Source of the DNA: an uncultured Planctomycetia bacterium
GTDB taxonomy: Bacteria; Omnitrophota; Gorgyraeia; 2-02-FULL-51-18
Assembly (NCBI GenBank): GCA_964402785.1
Contig: CAYODQ010000004.1
Span: 159 to 64,158 of the forward strand
Length of the DNA: 64,000 bases
Direction of reading: 5' to 3'
Shown here: positions 1 to 9,201 of the stretch, one piece after another
Layout of the letters: every line of letters begins with the position of its first letter
Position numbering within the stretch: position 1 is the first letter of the stretch
The notes under the pieces: model-generated
The model's database searches: none
Told to the model about the DNA's origin: nothing
The model's input: only the letters and a program-made list of their open reading frames with translations
Program-made: the position numbers and the translations under genes

Positions 1-15
1 CAGTAGGAAAAAAAT

Positions 16-930
16 ATGCTGATCATAGCCTATGCAATTATTGGATTTCTTGCCCTGTGTGGTGTGGTGTCCATCTACAACTTCTTTACTGGTCGAGCGC
101 TTCACTCGTATGTTTTGAAGAAAGAAAAACATCCTGAGTTAGGAGTCATAAAGGGTGCCGAACCGATTTATCTTAAGAATCACACCGACAAAGCAGTTCT
201 TCTCATTCATGGTTTTATTGGATCCCCGGCCGATTTTGGAAGATTGCCCAACCTTCTTCATGCAGATGGATACACGGTCGTCGCGCCGCTTTTACCGGGT
301 CACGGAACCGATCCAAGGCATTTTTCAAAGACGACCCCGGAAGAGCTAGAGAGTTTTGTCCTTCGCCAATACAGGGAACTTAAAACCCGTTATAGGGAAG
401 TAACTCTTATCGGATTTTCTATGGGGGGCGCCTTAAGCATTTTAACTGCGCTGACCGAAAAGGTAGACCGACTTGTTCTCCTTGCGCCTTACCTTAAGAT
501 TGCACACCAGTGGTACTACGTTTTGCCCGCAGAGTGGCACAATGCGATATTTATAAATATCATTCCTTATACCTATCGGCCCATATCGTTTAAGCAGATC
601 AATAAAAAGGAAGCGATGGGCAATATTGTCGATTACGTCTACGTGTCACTTCGTGGAGCAGACACCGCTATTAAACTTGGTGACAAGGCTTTAAAAGTGG
701 CTGGCAACTTAAGACAACCAACGCTTATTATTCATGGTCTTAAAGATAGGGCCACAGATTATAAGTTTTCTGAGAAACTTACTAAGGATTTACAAAAAAA
801 TACTGAGTGTGTTTTTGTTTCATTGCCAAATACGAACCATATGATGATGTGGGATTATGATGCGGAGATTGCCGAGAAAGAGATATTAGCGTTTATTTCC
901 GGCCAAAGAACAACGGAGGTGGCTCGATGA
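16..930 (+). CDS. Membrane-anchored alpha/beta-hydrolase (carboxylesterase/lipase-like)
   Basis: N-terminal TM helix; LLIHGF, PLLPGHG, nucleophile elbow GFSMGG, HGLKD and C-terminal NHM (Ser-Asp-His triad); AGGA SD at 4-7. Confidence 0.85.
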   Translation: MLIIAYAIIGFLALCGVVSIYNFFTGRALHSYVLKKEKHPELGVIKGAEPIYLKNHTDKAVLLIHGFIGSPADFGRLPNLLHADGYTVVAPLLPGHGTDPRHFSKTTPEELESFVLRQYRELKTRYREVTLIGFSMGGALSILTALTEKVDRLVLLAPYLKIAHQWYYVLPAEWHNAIFINIIPYTYRPISFKQINKKEAMGNIVDYVYVSLRGADTAIKLGDKALKVAGNLRQPTLIIHGLKDRATDYKFSEKLTKDLQKNTECVFVSLPNTNHMMMWDYDAEIAEKEILAFISGQRTTEVAR

Positions 931-3900
931 AGATATGTCCTAAATGCAACAAATCATACGATGACACCTGGAAGGTTTGTCTTACTTGCAGCATTCCTAT
1001 CGTAGATGCTGTTGACCAAGAGCTGCTGGACATGAAATCCGAGGTTTCTGAGGTAAGACGTACTATGTCCGATATCAACGTACGTTTAAACCGCATCGAA
1101 TACTTTCTTGAGAACCGTGGTAAGGAAAAGCCGAAACTGGTTCCGGCTACACAGGAAAATATAAGCAAGAAACCTCTCGACTTACAACCCGCAAGTGAAC
1201 CTGTGATCCCCAAAAAAGAGATAATTCTTCCCGCATCCGAGAGGGGAACGAGATTCAAATATATTTGGTCTTTGCCCGGACAGAAGAATATTGAGGGTGA
1301 ATTTACGTGTAGTGGCGTTGAGGAACTGAATGCGCACATTAAAAGCTTGGGCGGCGAACTTGTTCAGATTTTGTGGAAAACCGAAGTAAATCTCAAGCCT
1401 GAACCTAAACAAGATAAACCCATTCCTTCGATTGCTTCTGTAGAAAAGCCGGCAATCAGGCAGACAGTAAAAGCCCCCGAGCCCAAGAGAAGTCTCACAG
1501 AAAACTTTGAACAGGCTCTAGGTGAAAAATGGTTTAACAAACTGGGTATATTTGCGGTCGTTATAGGCGTAGCACTTCTCATCGGATATTCTTTTCAATA
1601 CTTGGGAGCTATCGGAAAAATCAGCATTGGTTTTGCTTTTGGTGTGGGCATGCTCTTATTTGGGCATTACATCGAAAAAAAGAAAGACTTTTCTGTTTAC
1701 GGGAAAGGTCTTATTGGCGGTGGGTGGGCCATCTCATATTTCACAACATTTGCGATGCACCACATTCCAATGGTTCGGCTTGTCGCTAGCCCTTTTCTTG
1801 GCATGGTTCTTTTGATACTCGTTGCGCTTGCGACCGTGTTGGATATATACAGGTACAAGTCGCAAACGGCTACGGGGTTTTCCTATCTACTTATTTTCAT
1901 CACCCTCATGATCGGCCCAGCAACAACCTTTACGATGCTCGCGACTATCCCCGTCGCTCTATCTCTTATATTTTTCATGAAGAAAATGAAATGGATGGAG
2001 TTCGGGTTGTACGGGATGTTCATGACCTATGTGACCTATATGGGCTGGTTCAGAATCGCCAACCTTTCTGGTAGGACGATTCTGACTCACGAACAGTTTG
2101 TGAGTGCAGTTATGTTTTTAGTTTTGTATTGGGCCATCTTCGTTTTTGCCGGATTTTTTTCGGACAAGGGTTCAAAGAGTAAATTATTTGACTCATTTGG
2201 ACTGAATATCGACATGGAGCACATCATTCACGTTCTAAATACATCAATTGCTTCATGCATTGGTTGGATGCTTATCGGAGCGGGGCATACTCAACACCTT
2301 CAACCGGCTCTTCAAGTGTCTTGTGCCGCTTATATCGGATTGACGGTGGCGGGGTATTTCTTAAATAGAAAACTTGTTCTTACGAGCTCGTCTTTTTCTA
2401 TTATTTATGCGGCTGTTTACCTGTCATTGAAATATACCGGGTACACGCTCATCACATCTGAGCTTGTGTTGGCATCAATAGTTTTGCTGATTGGCGTACT
2501 TATGAAAGAAAGCTATTGGCGCACTATTTCCTTGGGTGGCCTTGTTATCGTTGCTATTAAGCTCTGGACGAGTTACGGATTTCCTGCATCAAAGATTGAT
2601 CACGGGCAATTTGTTTTGTCTGCGATATTTTTAGCTACGTTTTGGGTATTTTCTTTATGTGCAGCCTTTTTATCGGATAGGGATTCAAAAAGCAAGGTAC
2701 TTTCGTCCTTTCAACTTGGCGTAAGAATGGATCACCTCATTTATGTTCTTATTGCTTCTATTGCATCTGACGCAGGATGGTTGATTATAAACGCCGGGCA
2801 CAAACAGCACTTGTTTTTAGCGCTTCAGCTAGCTTGTGCGGGCTATGTAGGTTTAACGGCTCTCGGTTATTTCTTCAAGAAAAAACTCATTCTTTTGAGT
2901 TCCTCCTTCGCAGTTATCTATGCGGTGACGTACCTATCGATGAAATATTCGGGGTATAGCCTAACAGTTTCATATCTTTTATTGGCAGAGATAATTCTGC
3001 TCGCCGGTGTTCTTCTTAAAGAAAGCTATTGGAGAGTTTTGTCGTTTGCCGGGCTTATGATAATAATTGCCAAACTTATGACGATCGATAGTTTTTATAC
3101 ACGAAATACGGTTATGGCCTACCACTTAAGCGCGCGGACACTTTTATTCGCATTGGCATTGGTAATGTATTTTATGAACACCTATTTGTACGGCAAATTA
3201 AGATCAAATAATCTATTAACTAAAATCGAAGAAAACCACCCAAACATTATTTCCTATAGCTATCCGCTAATTTATGCCATGGGGACTTGGCTTGATTTTC
3301 CAAAGGTATTAACAGCGCCATGCTGGGTTATTCTTGGAGTTGTTCTTCTTCATCTTGGCGTGGCGAAAAAGAACTATCACCAAAGGATGCAAGGATACAT
3401 CCTGACCACGGGTGCTTTTGTTCGACTGCTCATGTCTAACATGATCATTCAGGGCGGTATTAGTGTATTTAGCTACAGAATTCTAACGGCGATTCCTGTT
3501 ATTTTGATTCTGTATTATTGCTTGATGCTTCTGCAAGACAAAACGACAAAGAGTGTTTTAAGCGATCCCGAAAAGAAGATGGTTTATCTATATCCTTATA
3601 TGGTTTTTGTGGCCATCATGACCCTTGTCTGGTATGAGGCACCAAAAGACATGGTCGCTCCCGTGTGGGGTGTTATGGCAATGATTTATTCGTTGCGGGG
3701 GGTTTATACAAAAGAGAAGCATTACCTCTCCATCAGCTCAATCGCGGCGCTTGCGGCTTGTATGAGGGCGATATTCGTTAATCTTTACCAGGGAAAATAT
3801 CTTGTTGGCGCAGAAAGCAATATCATCCTGCCCATTTTGACAACGGCGTTGCTTTATGGTGGCAACATTTTCTATCTGAGTCAAAAGAATGCCGCAAACG

Positions 3901-4268
3901 AAACTGACGAACCGAAAGAAGGTCGGATTAAGGCATTTCTACATTCCTCTCGGCTAGTTTTTGGCTTTTCGGCGACAGCTCTTTTAACGGCTCTTTTGTA
4001 TATAAAGCTTGATGGGGCGCTATTAACCGTCGGCTTAGGGATTGAAGGTTTGCTGCTATTCTTACCGGGTATTTTTATTAAAGAAAAGCAATGGAGGATC
4101 TACGGCCTTTTGGTTTTACTTTTTACTCTGGCAAAAGCATTCCTGGTTGACCTGAGGCAGTTGAGCACGATCCACTATATTTTGTCATTAATTGCTCTAG
4201 GGTTGGCACTTCTGTTTGTATCGTATATCTATACAAAGCACAAAGATAAGATCAAGAAACTTATATGA
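927..4268 (+). CDS. DUF2339-like polytopic membrane protein with N-terminal zinc ribbon and internal duplication
   Basis: CPKC..CLTC N-terminus, FEQALGEKWFNKLG motif typical of DUF2339, many TM segments, C-terminal KAFLVDL...ILSLIALGLALLFVSYIY. Confidence 0.75.
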   Translation: MKICPKCNKSYDDTWKVCLTCSIPIVDAVDQELLDMKSEVSEVRRTMSDINVRLNRIEYFLENRGKEKPKLVPATQENISKKPLDLQPASEPVIPKKEIILPASERGTRFKYIWSLPGQKNIEGEFTCSGVEELNAHIKSLGGELVQILWKTEVNLKPEPKQDKPIPSIASVEKPAIRQTVKAPEPKRSLTENFEQALGEKWFNKLGIFAVVIGVALLIGYSFQYLGAIGKISIGFAFGVGMLLFGHYIEKKKDFSVYGKGLIGGGWAISYFTTFAMHHIPMVRLVASPFLGMVLLILVALATVLDIYRYKSQTATGFSYLLIFITLMIGPATTFTMLATIPVALSLIFFMKKMKWMEFGLYGMFMTYVTYMGWFRIANLSGRTILTHEQFVSAVMFLVLYWAIFVFAGFFSDKGSKSKLFDSFGLNIDMEHIIHVLNTSIASCIGWMLIGAGHTQHLQPALQVSCAAYIGLTVAGYFLNRKLVLTSSSFSIIYAAVYLSLKYTGYTLITSELVLASIVLLIGVLMKESYWRTISLGGLVIVAIKLWTSYGFPASKIDHGQFVLSAIFLATFWVFSLCAAFLSDRDSKSKVLSSFQLGVRMDHLIYVLIASIASDAGWLIINAGHKQHLFLALQLACAGYVGLTALGYFFKKKLILLSSSFAVIYAVTYLSMKYSGYSLTVSYLLLAEIILLAGVLLKESYWRVLSFAGLMIIIAKLMTIDSFYTRNTVMAYHLSARTLLFALALVMYFMNTYLYGKLRSNNLLTKIEENHPNIISYSYPLIYAMGTWLDFPKVLTAPCWVILGVVLLHLGVAKKNYHQRMQGYILTTGAFVRLLMSNMIIQGGISVFSYRILTAIPVILILYYCLMLLQDKTTKSVLSDPEKKMVYLYPYMVFVAIMTLVWYEAPKDMVAPVWGVMAMIYSLRGVYTKEKHYLSISSIAALAACMRAIFVNLYQGKYLVGAESNIILPILTTALLYGGNIFYLSQKNAANETDEPKEGRIKAFLHSSRLVFGFSATALLTALLYIKLDGALLTVGLGIEGLLLFLPGIFIKEKQWRIYGLLVLLFTLAKAFLVDLRQLSTIHYILSLIALGLALLFVSYIYTKHKDKIKKLI
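2088..3080 (+). repeat. Intragenic tandem duplication, period 513 nt (171 aa)
   Basis: HEQFV at 2088 vs HGQFV at 2601; ESYWR at 2508 vs 3021; both offsets exactly 513 nt. Confidence 0.9.
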
Positions 4269-5242
4269 TGAATCTAAAACTGCGGCATATATTTCTAATC
4301 CTAAGCCTCTTGGTTTGTTTAAGCTCAATAGCGCTTATTATGGTCAAAGGACACCCTGAAGATCGAGTCAGCTTGGATTCTGTTTCAGAGATTGGTGAGG
4401 GGTTTTTAAGCAGTGTGAATAAAGCGGGGCATATCTTTGTCTCTACGGATGACCAAGAGGAAATGGAAATAGGGGATCAGATAAATACGAAAATACTAAA
4501 AACCCAACCAGGCAACCAAACAGGCAATGCGCTGTTGGAAAAATATGTGAATGATGTTGGAAACAGAGTTGTTGAAAATGTAAAAAGGCCAGGAATTAAA
4601 TATAAGTTTCATGTTGTAGAAGGCTTTTATCCCACAGCGCGTTCTGTCGCAGGCGGGCATGTCTATGTGACGACAGGCCTAATAAAAACTCTCAAATCGG
4701 AGGCCGAATTGGCGGGGGTTTTGGCTCATGAAATAACCCATGTAGACGCAAAACATTGCTTTAACGCAATTCAATTTAAAGTTCAAAATGGAAAGATCGA
4801 AGAATCTGGCTATGGGGCTCTTGCTGAGATCGGGTATGACGTGTTTTTTAAGCCGGGGTTTTCTGAAGCACAAGAAATAGAGGCGGATGCTGGAGGAGTT
4901 TATTTGGCATATCGAGCAGGTTACCACCCAATGGCAATTATTTATGCTTTTGAGCGTATCAATAAGGATGAGTTATCAAGGTCGGGTCAGGATAATTCAG
5001 CGACGTTAGTAGGGGACACGATGAATGCCGTTGGTGGGCTGCTTGTGAGGTATTTCAGCTCACATCCACCTACGGAAGATCGCATCAACATGATAAAAAG
5101 ATATATCGCTGATAACAAGCTGATGAGTTCAAATCAGCGATTTTATATTGGACAGAGAAATTACGAAGAAAAAATAGCCTACAAGATCAAGCCATATAGG
5201 GATGAATTAAAGAAGGAATATGTCCTGAAAGGAGCTTTATGA
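4265..5242 (+). CDS. M48 family zinc metallopeptidase (BepA/YfgC-like catalytic domain)
   Basis: N-terminal TM/signal; ELAGVLAHEITH (HExxH), EIEAD, SSHPPTEDRI. Confidence 0.85.
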   Translation: MMNLKLRHIFLILSLLVCLSSIALIMVKGHPEDRVSLDSVSEIGEGFLSSVNKAGHIFVSTDDQEEMEIGDQINTKILKTQPGNQTGNALLEKYVNDVGNRVVENVKRPGIKYKFHVVEGFYPTARSVAGGHVYVTTGLIKTLKSEAELAGVLAHEITHVDAKHCFNAIQFKVQNGKIEESGYGALAEIGYDVFFKPGFSEAQEIEADAGGVYLAYRAGYHPMAIIYAFERINKDELSRSGQDNSATLVGDTMNAVGGLLVRYFSSHPPTEDRINMIKRYIADNKLMSSNQRFYIGQRNYEEKIAYKIKPYRDELKKEYVLKGAL

Positions 5243-6549
5243 ACAAAAAAGCGGTGCAATGGCTTCATAAAGAGTTGCCTGATTTGGTAAGTAAGGGGGT
5301 TATTTCTCAATCATCCGCCGATAATTTGCGTCAGCATTACCGCGACGTAAAAAGCGCGGATAAAAAATGGTTTGTCATCATTTTGTGCAGCGTGCTTGGG
5401 GCGCTGCTCATTGGGCTTGGTATTATTTTACTTTTTGGCCACAACTGGGAAGAATTGTCTCGTCCCGTGCGTGCGGTACTTTCTCTGTTGCCTTTAATGG
5501 TTGGGCAGGGACTGGCGATGTGGGTCGTGTTAAAAAGGCCTGAGTCTCAAGCTCTCAAAGAGGGCACAGCAACATTCTTGAGTCTTATGGTTGGGGCCTC
5601 TATCGCGCTTATTAGTCAAACATACAACATCCCCGGAGATACACCGTCATTCATTCTAATGTGGATGTTGCTCATTGTTCCGCTGACCTATCTTATGAGG
5701 GCTACGATACCGGCAGCTATTTTTGTTGCTGGAATTTCAGCTTGGGCCTGTCATTTTTGGGATGAGCCGCTCAAGGCGTTTCTTTTTTGGCCACTCTTGG
5801 TGATTGTAATTCCTCATTTTATTTGGTCATTACGACAGGAAAAATACACTATTCGTGCAGCGATCTTGGCGCTCGTTATGGCGGTGTCTGTGAGTGTTGG
5901 AGCACATTTTACTTTGGGCAGGTCATGGCCGGGATCCTGGGTTGTTATCTATTCAAGCCTTATTGCAGGGTTCTACCTTCTTGGTGCCTGGGAGTTTAAG
6001 GAAGTTTCGACAAACTGGCAGAGACCTTTTCAAGTTCTGGGAGGGTTGGGTATTTTCATCATAATGTTTATTCTTACTTTTCGGTGGCCATGGGAATCAG
6101 CGGCTGGGAAGTATTGGTATGCTAAGTATGACTTATCTCCTTGGATGGCTATCCCGGACCATATATTAAGTTTCTTGTTGGTGGCTGGTGCGCTGCTATT
6201 GTTCTATCAGTATGCCAAACGTCAGGACTGGATGAGGACGCTATTTGGAGTATTGCCCTTACTGGCTTTGGTTGGCTACGCTTTTAGCGGAACTTCAGCG
6301 GTCTTTCCCATGCTGTTATTCAATTTCTATTTACTCTCTGTCAGCGTCTTTCGTTTGATGACAGGAATACGGACAAATAATCTGAGTGTTATTAATACAG
6401 GTATGGTGATGTTGTCAGCGCTGGTTCTCGCAAGGTTTTTTGATAGTGAGATCAACTTCGTCCTCAAGGGACTTGTTTTTATATTTATTGGCGTTGGTTT
6501 TCTGGCGACAAATGTCATTATTTTGCGCCGCAAGGGAGGTGCAGCATGA
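5239..6549 (+). CDS. DUF2157 family membrane protein
   Basis: WLHKELPDLVSKGVIS, LGALLIGLGIILLFGHNW, IALISQTYNI motifs; about a dozen TM segments. Confidence 0.8.
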   Translation: MNKKAVQWLHKELPDLVSKGVISQSSADNLRQHYRDVKSADKKWFVIILCSVLGALLIGLGIILLFGHNWEELSRPVRAVLSLLPLMVGQGLAMWVVLKRPESQALKEGTATFLSLMVGASIALISQTYNIPGDTPSFILMWMLLIVPLTYLMRATIPAAIFVAGISAWACHFWDEPLKAFLFWPLLVIVIPHFIWSLRQEKYTIRAAILALVMAVSVSVGAHFTLGRSWPGSWVVIYSSLIAGFYLLGAWEFKEVSTNWQRPFQVLGGLGIFIIMFILTFRWPWESAAGKYWYAKYDLSPWMAIPDHILSFLLVAGALLLFYQYAKRQDWMRTLFGVLPLLALVGYAFSGTSAVFPMLLFNFYLLSVSVFRLMTGIRTNNLSVINTGMVMLSALVLARFFDSEINFVLKGLVFIFIGVGFLATNVIILRRKGGAA

Positions 6550-7109
6550 GAAAAGAACTTGTTGTTGGACTTTTTGCTGGTTTGATTGCACTGCAAATTG
6601 GTTTACCCGTATCTATGATCGCCAAAAGAGAATCAACACTAAGGGATGGCGCTGTTTTTCGTTTTAAAACCGCACCCGTAGACCCTTATGATGCTTTTCG
6701 TGGTCGATATGTAGCCATCAGAGCCGAGATAAACAAGGTCAAAATACCAGAAGGGGGGAATCTTAAATACGGACAGAAAGTTTATGCGCAGCTGACCGTT
6801 GATGAGAAAGGGTTTGCTCAAGTCTCGCAGATTACATTGCAGAGGCCCAAAGACTCTGCATATTTGACCGCGTCTGTTACATATCCTACCGGCAATGACA
6901 TCGGACTTAATTTGCCGATTGACCGTTATTACATGGAAGAGAAGGCAGCGCCTCGTGCTGAACAAGCGTACCGGGAGCATAGCAGACGCGATAAACAAGA
7001 TGCGTATATAACGGTAAAGATAAAGGATGGCTTTGCGGTCGTAGAGGGTTTATATGTGGGTGATCAGAAAATCGAAGATTTGGTGAGGCTCAAAGTCAAT
7101 ACAGCCTAA
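6546..7109 (+). CDS. GDYXXLXY domain-containing protein
   Basis: N-terminal TM, FKTAPVDPYDAFRGRYVAI, IDRYYMEE; follows DUF2157 as is usual for this family. Confidence 0.8.
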   Translation: MRKELVVGLFAGLIALQIGLPVSMIAKRESTLRDGAVFRFKTAPVDPYDAFRGRYVAIRAEINKVKIPEGGNLKYGQKVYAQLTVDEKGFAQVSQITLQRPKDSAYLTASVTYPTGNDIGLNLPIDRYYMEEKAAPRAEQAYREHSRRDKQDAYITVKIKDGFAVVEGLYVGDQKIEDLVRLKVNTA

Positions 7110-7137
7110 TGATAAGTAACTTCTAGATGATGAAATT

Positions 7138-7261
7138 TGGGATACAACTGGGATACAGTCACTGCCACCGATGGACGAAATTAGACGAAAGTAGAAGAAC
7201 AGAGTTTTAGAGATTTATTGTCGTAACCCTTCTGAACTCGTATACTAATGCAAGTATGCGA
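7138..7261. other. Putative recombination (att-like) site: direct repeats plus inverted repeat
   Basis: TGGGATACA x2 (7138, 7149), GACGAAA x2 (7174, 7184), TCGTATACT-N6-AGTATGCGA (7238-7261). Confidence 0.4.
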
Positions 7262-7308
7262 ATCTCTCCGAAAATAAACGAAAAAGAAAAATTCTTCTCA
7301 GAGCACAA

Positions 7309-7353
7309 GCACAAAATCTGGGGCGTAATGTAGGGCTGTTTCAGTTTTTGTGC
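7309..7353 (+). terminator. Imperfect stem-loop, possible terminator
   Basis: GCACAAAA..CTGGGGCG pairs with TGTTTCAG..TTTTGTGC using G-U pairs. Confidence 0.35.
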
Positions 7354-7380
7354 GCCTAAGGTGGGTCGAAATATGCTATA

Positions 7381-9192
7381 GTGAGCGGCGTGACCGCTTA
7401 TACAACAAAAATAAAATTATTCAGGCCGTCCTGGAAGTTTTTGGTGCTGATAGTTTTTGTCGGTTTTATCGCCTATTCCAATTCGTTCCACGCTTCCTTC
7501 CACATGGATGATGAGGATTCGATTATCAAAAATGTGGCTATAAGGCACCTTTGGGACATTCGCGCGATCTGGGATTTCTATCCCAGCCGGTTCCTGACGT
7601 ATTTTACGTTCGCCATCAATTATGCTGTTGGCGGGCTCAATGTTGTGGGGTATCACTTTTTCAACATTTTCCTCCATCTGCTTTCGGGCATTCTCGTTTA
7701 TCAGCTGGCATTGTTAACCATTTCTCTGATACCGTTAGATGACGAGAAGTTGAAGGGGAGGCCCGAGTTGATGGCTGTTTTCGCCGCGCTCATTTTCGTA
7801 TCCCATCCTCTGCAGGTTGGGGCTGTTACTTATATCGTTCAGCGAGCCGTTGTGATGAGCTCATTTTTTTATCTACTTGCGATGGTTTGTTACATTCGCG
7901 GCGTCAGAGACAATTTACGCAGTTATCGGCGGGCCGCTCTGGGAGCTGCGGTGTTGTCTCTGTTTTCCAAAGAGATGGCGTTGACGCTGCCAGTTGCTCT
8001 CCTTGTTTACGATCGGACATTTTTTCGCGAAAAAAAAGGCGCTTTTTTGCGGCTCATGCCGTTTTTTATTGTAATGCTGCTAATGCCGGCCTCACTTGTC
8101 TTTTCCAAACATTTCAATCTAAAGTCATTCGAGCTTGCCATTGATTTGAGTTCTCGTCCCGCGCCCTTGAATTATTTGCTGACACAATTCAGAGTTTTTC
8201 TTACGTATACAAAGCTCCTGCTCTTTCCTTTACACCAGAACTTCGATTATGACTATCGTCTTTCAAAAACATTGTTTGAGCCTGGAGTGCTTGTGGGGCT
8301 GGGGATGGTTATATCATTATTGTTATCCGGATTGATCTTGCTCAAAAAAAATCACCCTTTTAAAGGGTTCGTGTTGATTTGGTTTTTCTTGTTATTGCTC
8401 CCAGAATCTAGCATTTTTCCGATACACGACCTCGCAGTTGAGCATAGGCTCTATCTCGTCGTGGCAGCGTTTTCGTTATTATTCGCAACCAGCCTTTTCT
8501 CTGTTTTGTCGGAAAAAGCCAGCGGCTATATTCTTTTATTTTTTGTCAGCTTCTTATTCCTATTGACTTACGACAGGAATATCGTGATGAGCGATGAGGT
8601 TAGCCTTTGGACAGATACAATCCAAAAATCTCCCAACAGCGCATCGGCTTACCTGGCGCGGGGAACAGCTTACAACGCCCGCGGGCAGATGGATCTCGCA
8701 ATTGAGGATTTCGACCGCTGTATCGAGATCGAGCCCCATTTTGTCCGAGCCTATAACAATCGGGGGATCGCTTATTACACAAAAGGGGATTTTTCACGTG
8801 CTCTTGAAGATTATAATAAGCTTCTGAAACTTAATCCAAAGTTTTCCTCAGCCTACCTTAATCGGGGGGCTGTTTATTATGCGCAGGGTAATGTGGGCAA
8901 GGCCTTTGAGGATTGGACCAAGGCGATAGAACTCGACCCGCTCTCCGCAGAAAACGCCTATAGCAATCGCGCCGTGATCTTTGGTGCTCGGGGTGATTTG
9001 CAGGGAGCTCTGCATGATCTCAATGCTGCGGTCGGATTGAACCCTTTAAACCCAAATTGGCGGTTGGCTCGCGCTCGCGTCCATTACAAGATGGATAATA
9101 AAAAGGCTTGCTTGGCGGATATACAAGAAGCGGAAAAAATCACACGAGAACTCCCCGAAGACATTCTGGCTGTGCTCAAAAATTTGAGGTAG
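7381..9192 (+). CDS. TMTC-like GT-C membrane protein with C-terminal TPR repeats (putative protein O-mannosyltransferase); start may be GTG 7390
   Basis: FHMDD loop, HPLQVGAVTYIVQR, SKEMALTLP, EHRLYL, SLW..TIQKSP, then AYxNRG TPR repeats. Confidence 0.8.
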   Translation: MSGVTAYTTKIKLFRPSWKFLVLIVFVGFIAYSNSFHASFHMDDEDSIIKNVAIRHLWDIRAIWDFYPSRFLTYFTFAINYAVGGLNVVGYHFFNIFLHLLSGILVYQLALLTISLIPLDDEKLKGRPELMAVFAALIFVSHPLQVGAVTYIVQRAVVMSSFFYLLAMVCYIRGVRDNLRSYRRAALGAAVLSLFSKEMALTLPVALLVYDRTFFREKKGAFLRLMPFFIVMLLMPASLVFSKHFNLKSFELAIDLSSRPAPLNYLLTQFRVFLTYTKLLLFPLHQNFDYDYRLSKTLFEPGVLVGLGMVISLLLSGLILLKKNHPFKGFVLIWFFLLLLPESSIFPIHDLAVEHRLYLVVAAFSLLFATSLFSVLSEKASGYILLFFVSFLFLLTYDRNIVMSDEVSLWTDTIQKSPNSASAYLARGTAYNARGQMDLAIEDFDRCIEIEPHFVRAYNNRGIAYYTKGDFSRALEDYNKLLKLNPKFSSAYLNRGAVYYAQGNVGKAFEDWTKAIELDPLSAENAYSNRAVIFGARGDLQGALHDLNAAVGLNPLNPNWRLARARVHYKMDNKKACLADIQEAEKITRELPEDILAVLKNLR

Positions 9193-9201
9193 TAGTAATT
9201 A

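Noticed and set aside
7285-7310. Possible tRNA gene near the att-like site
   Set aside because: No cloverleaf and no GTTCGA T-loop; at most a decayed 3' fragment
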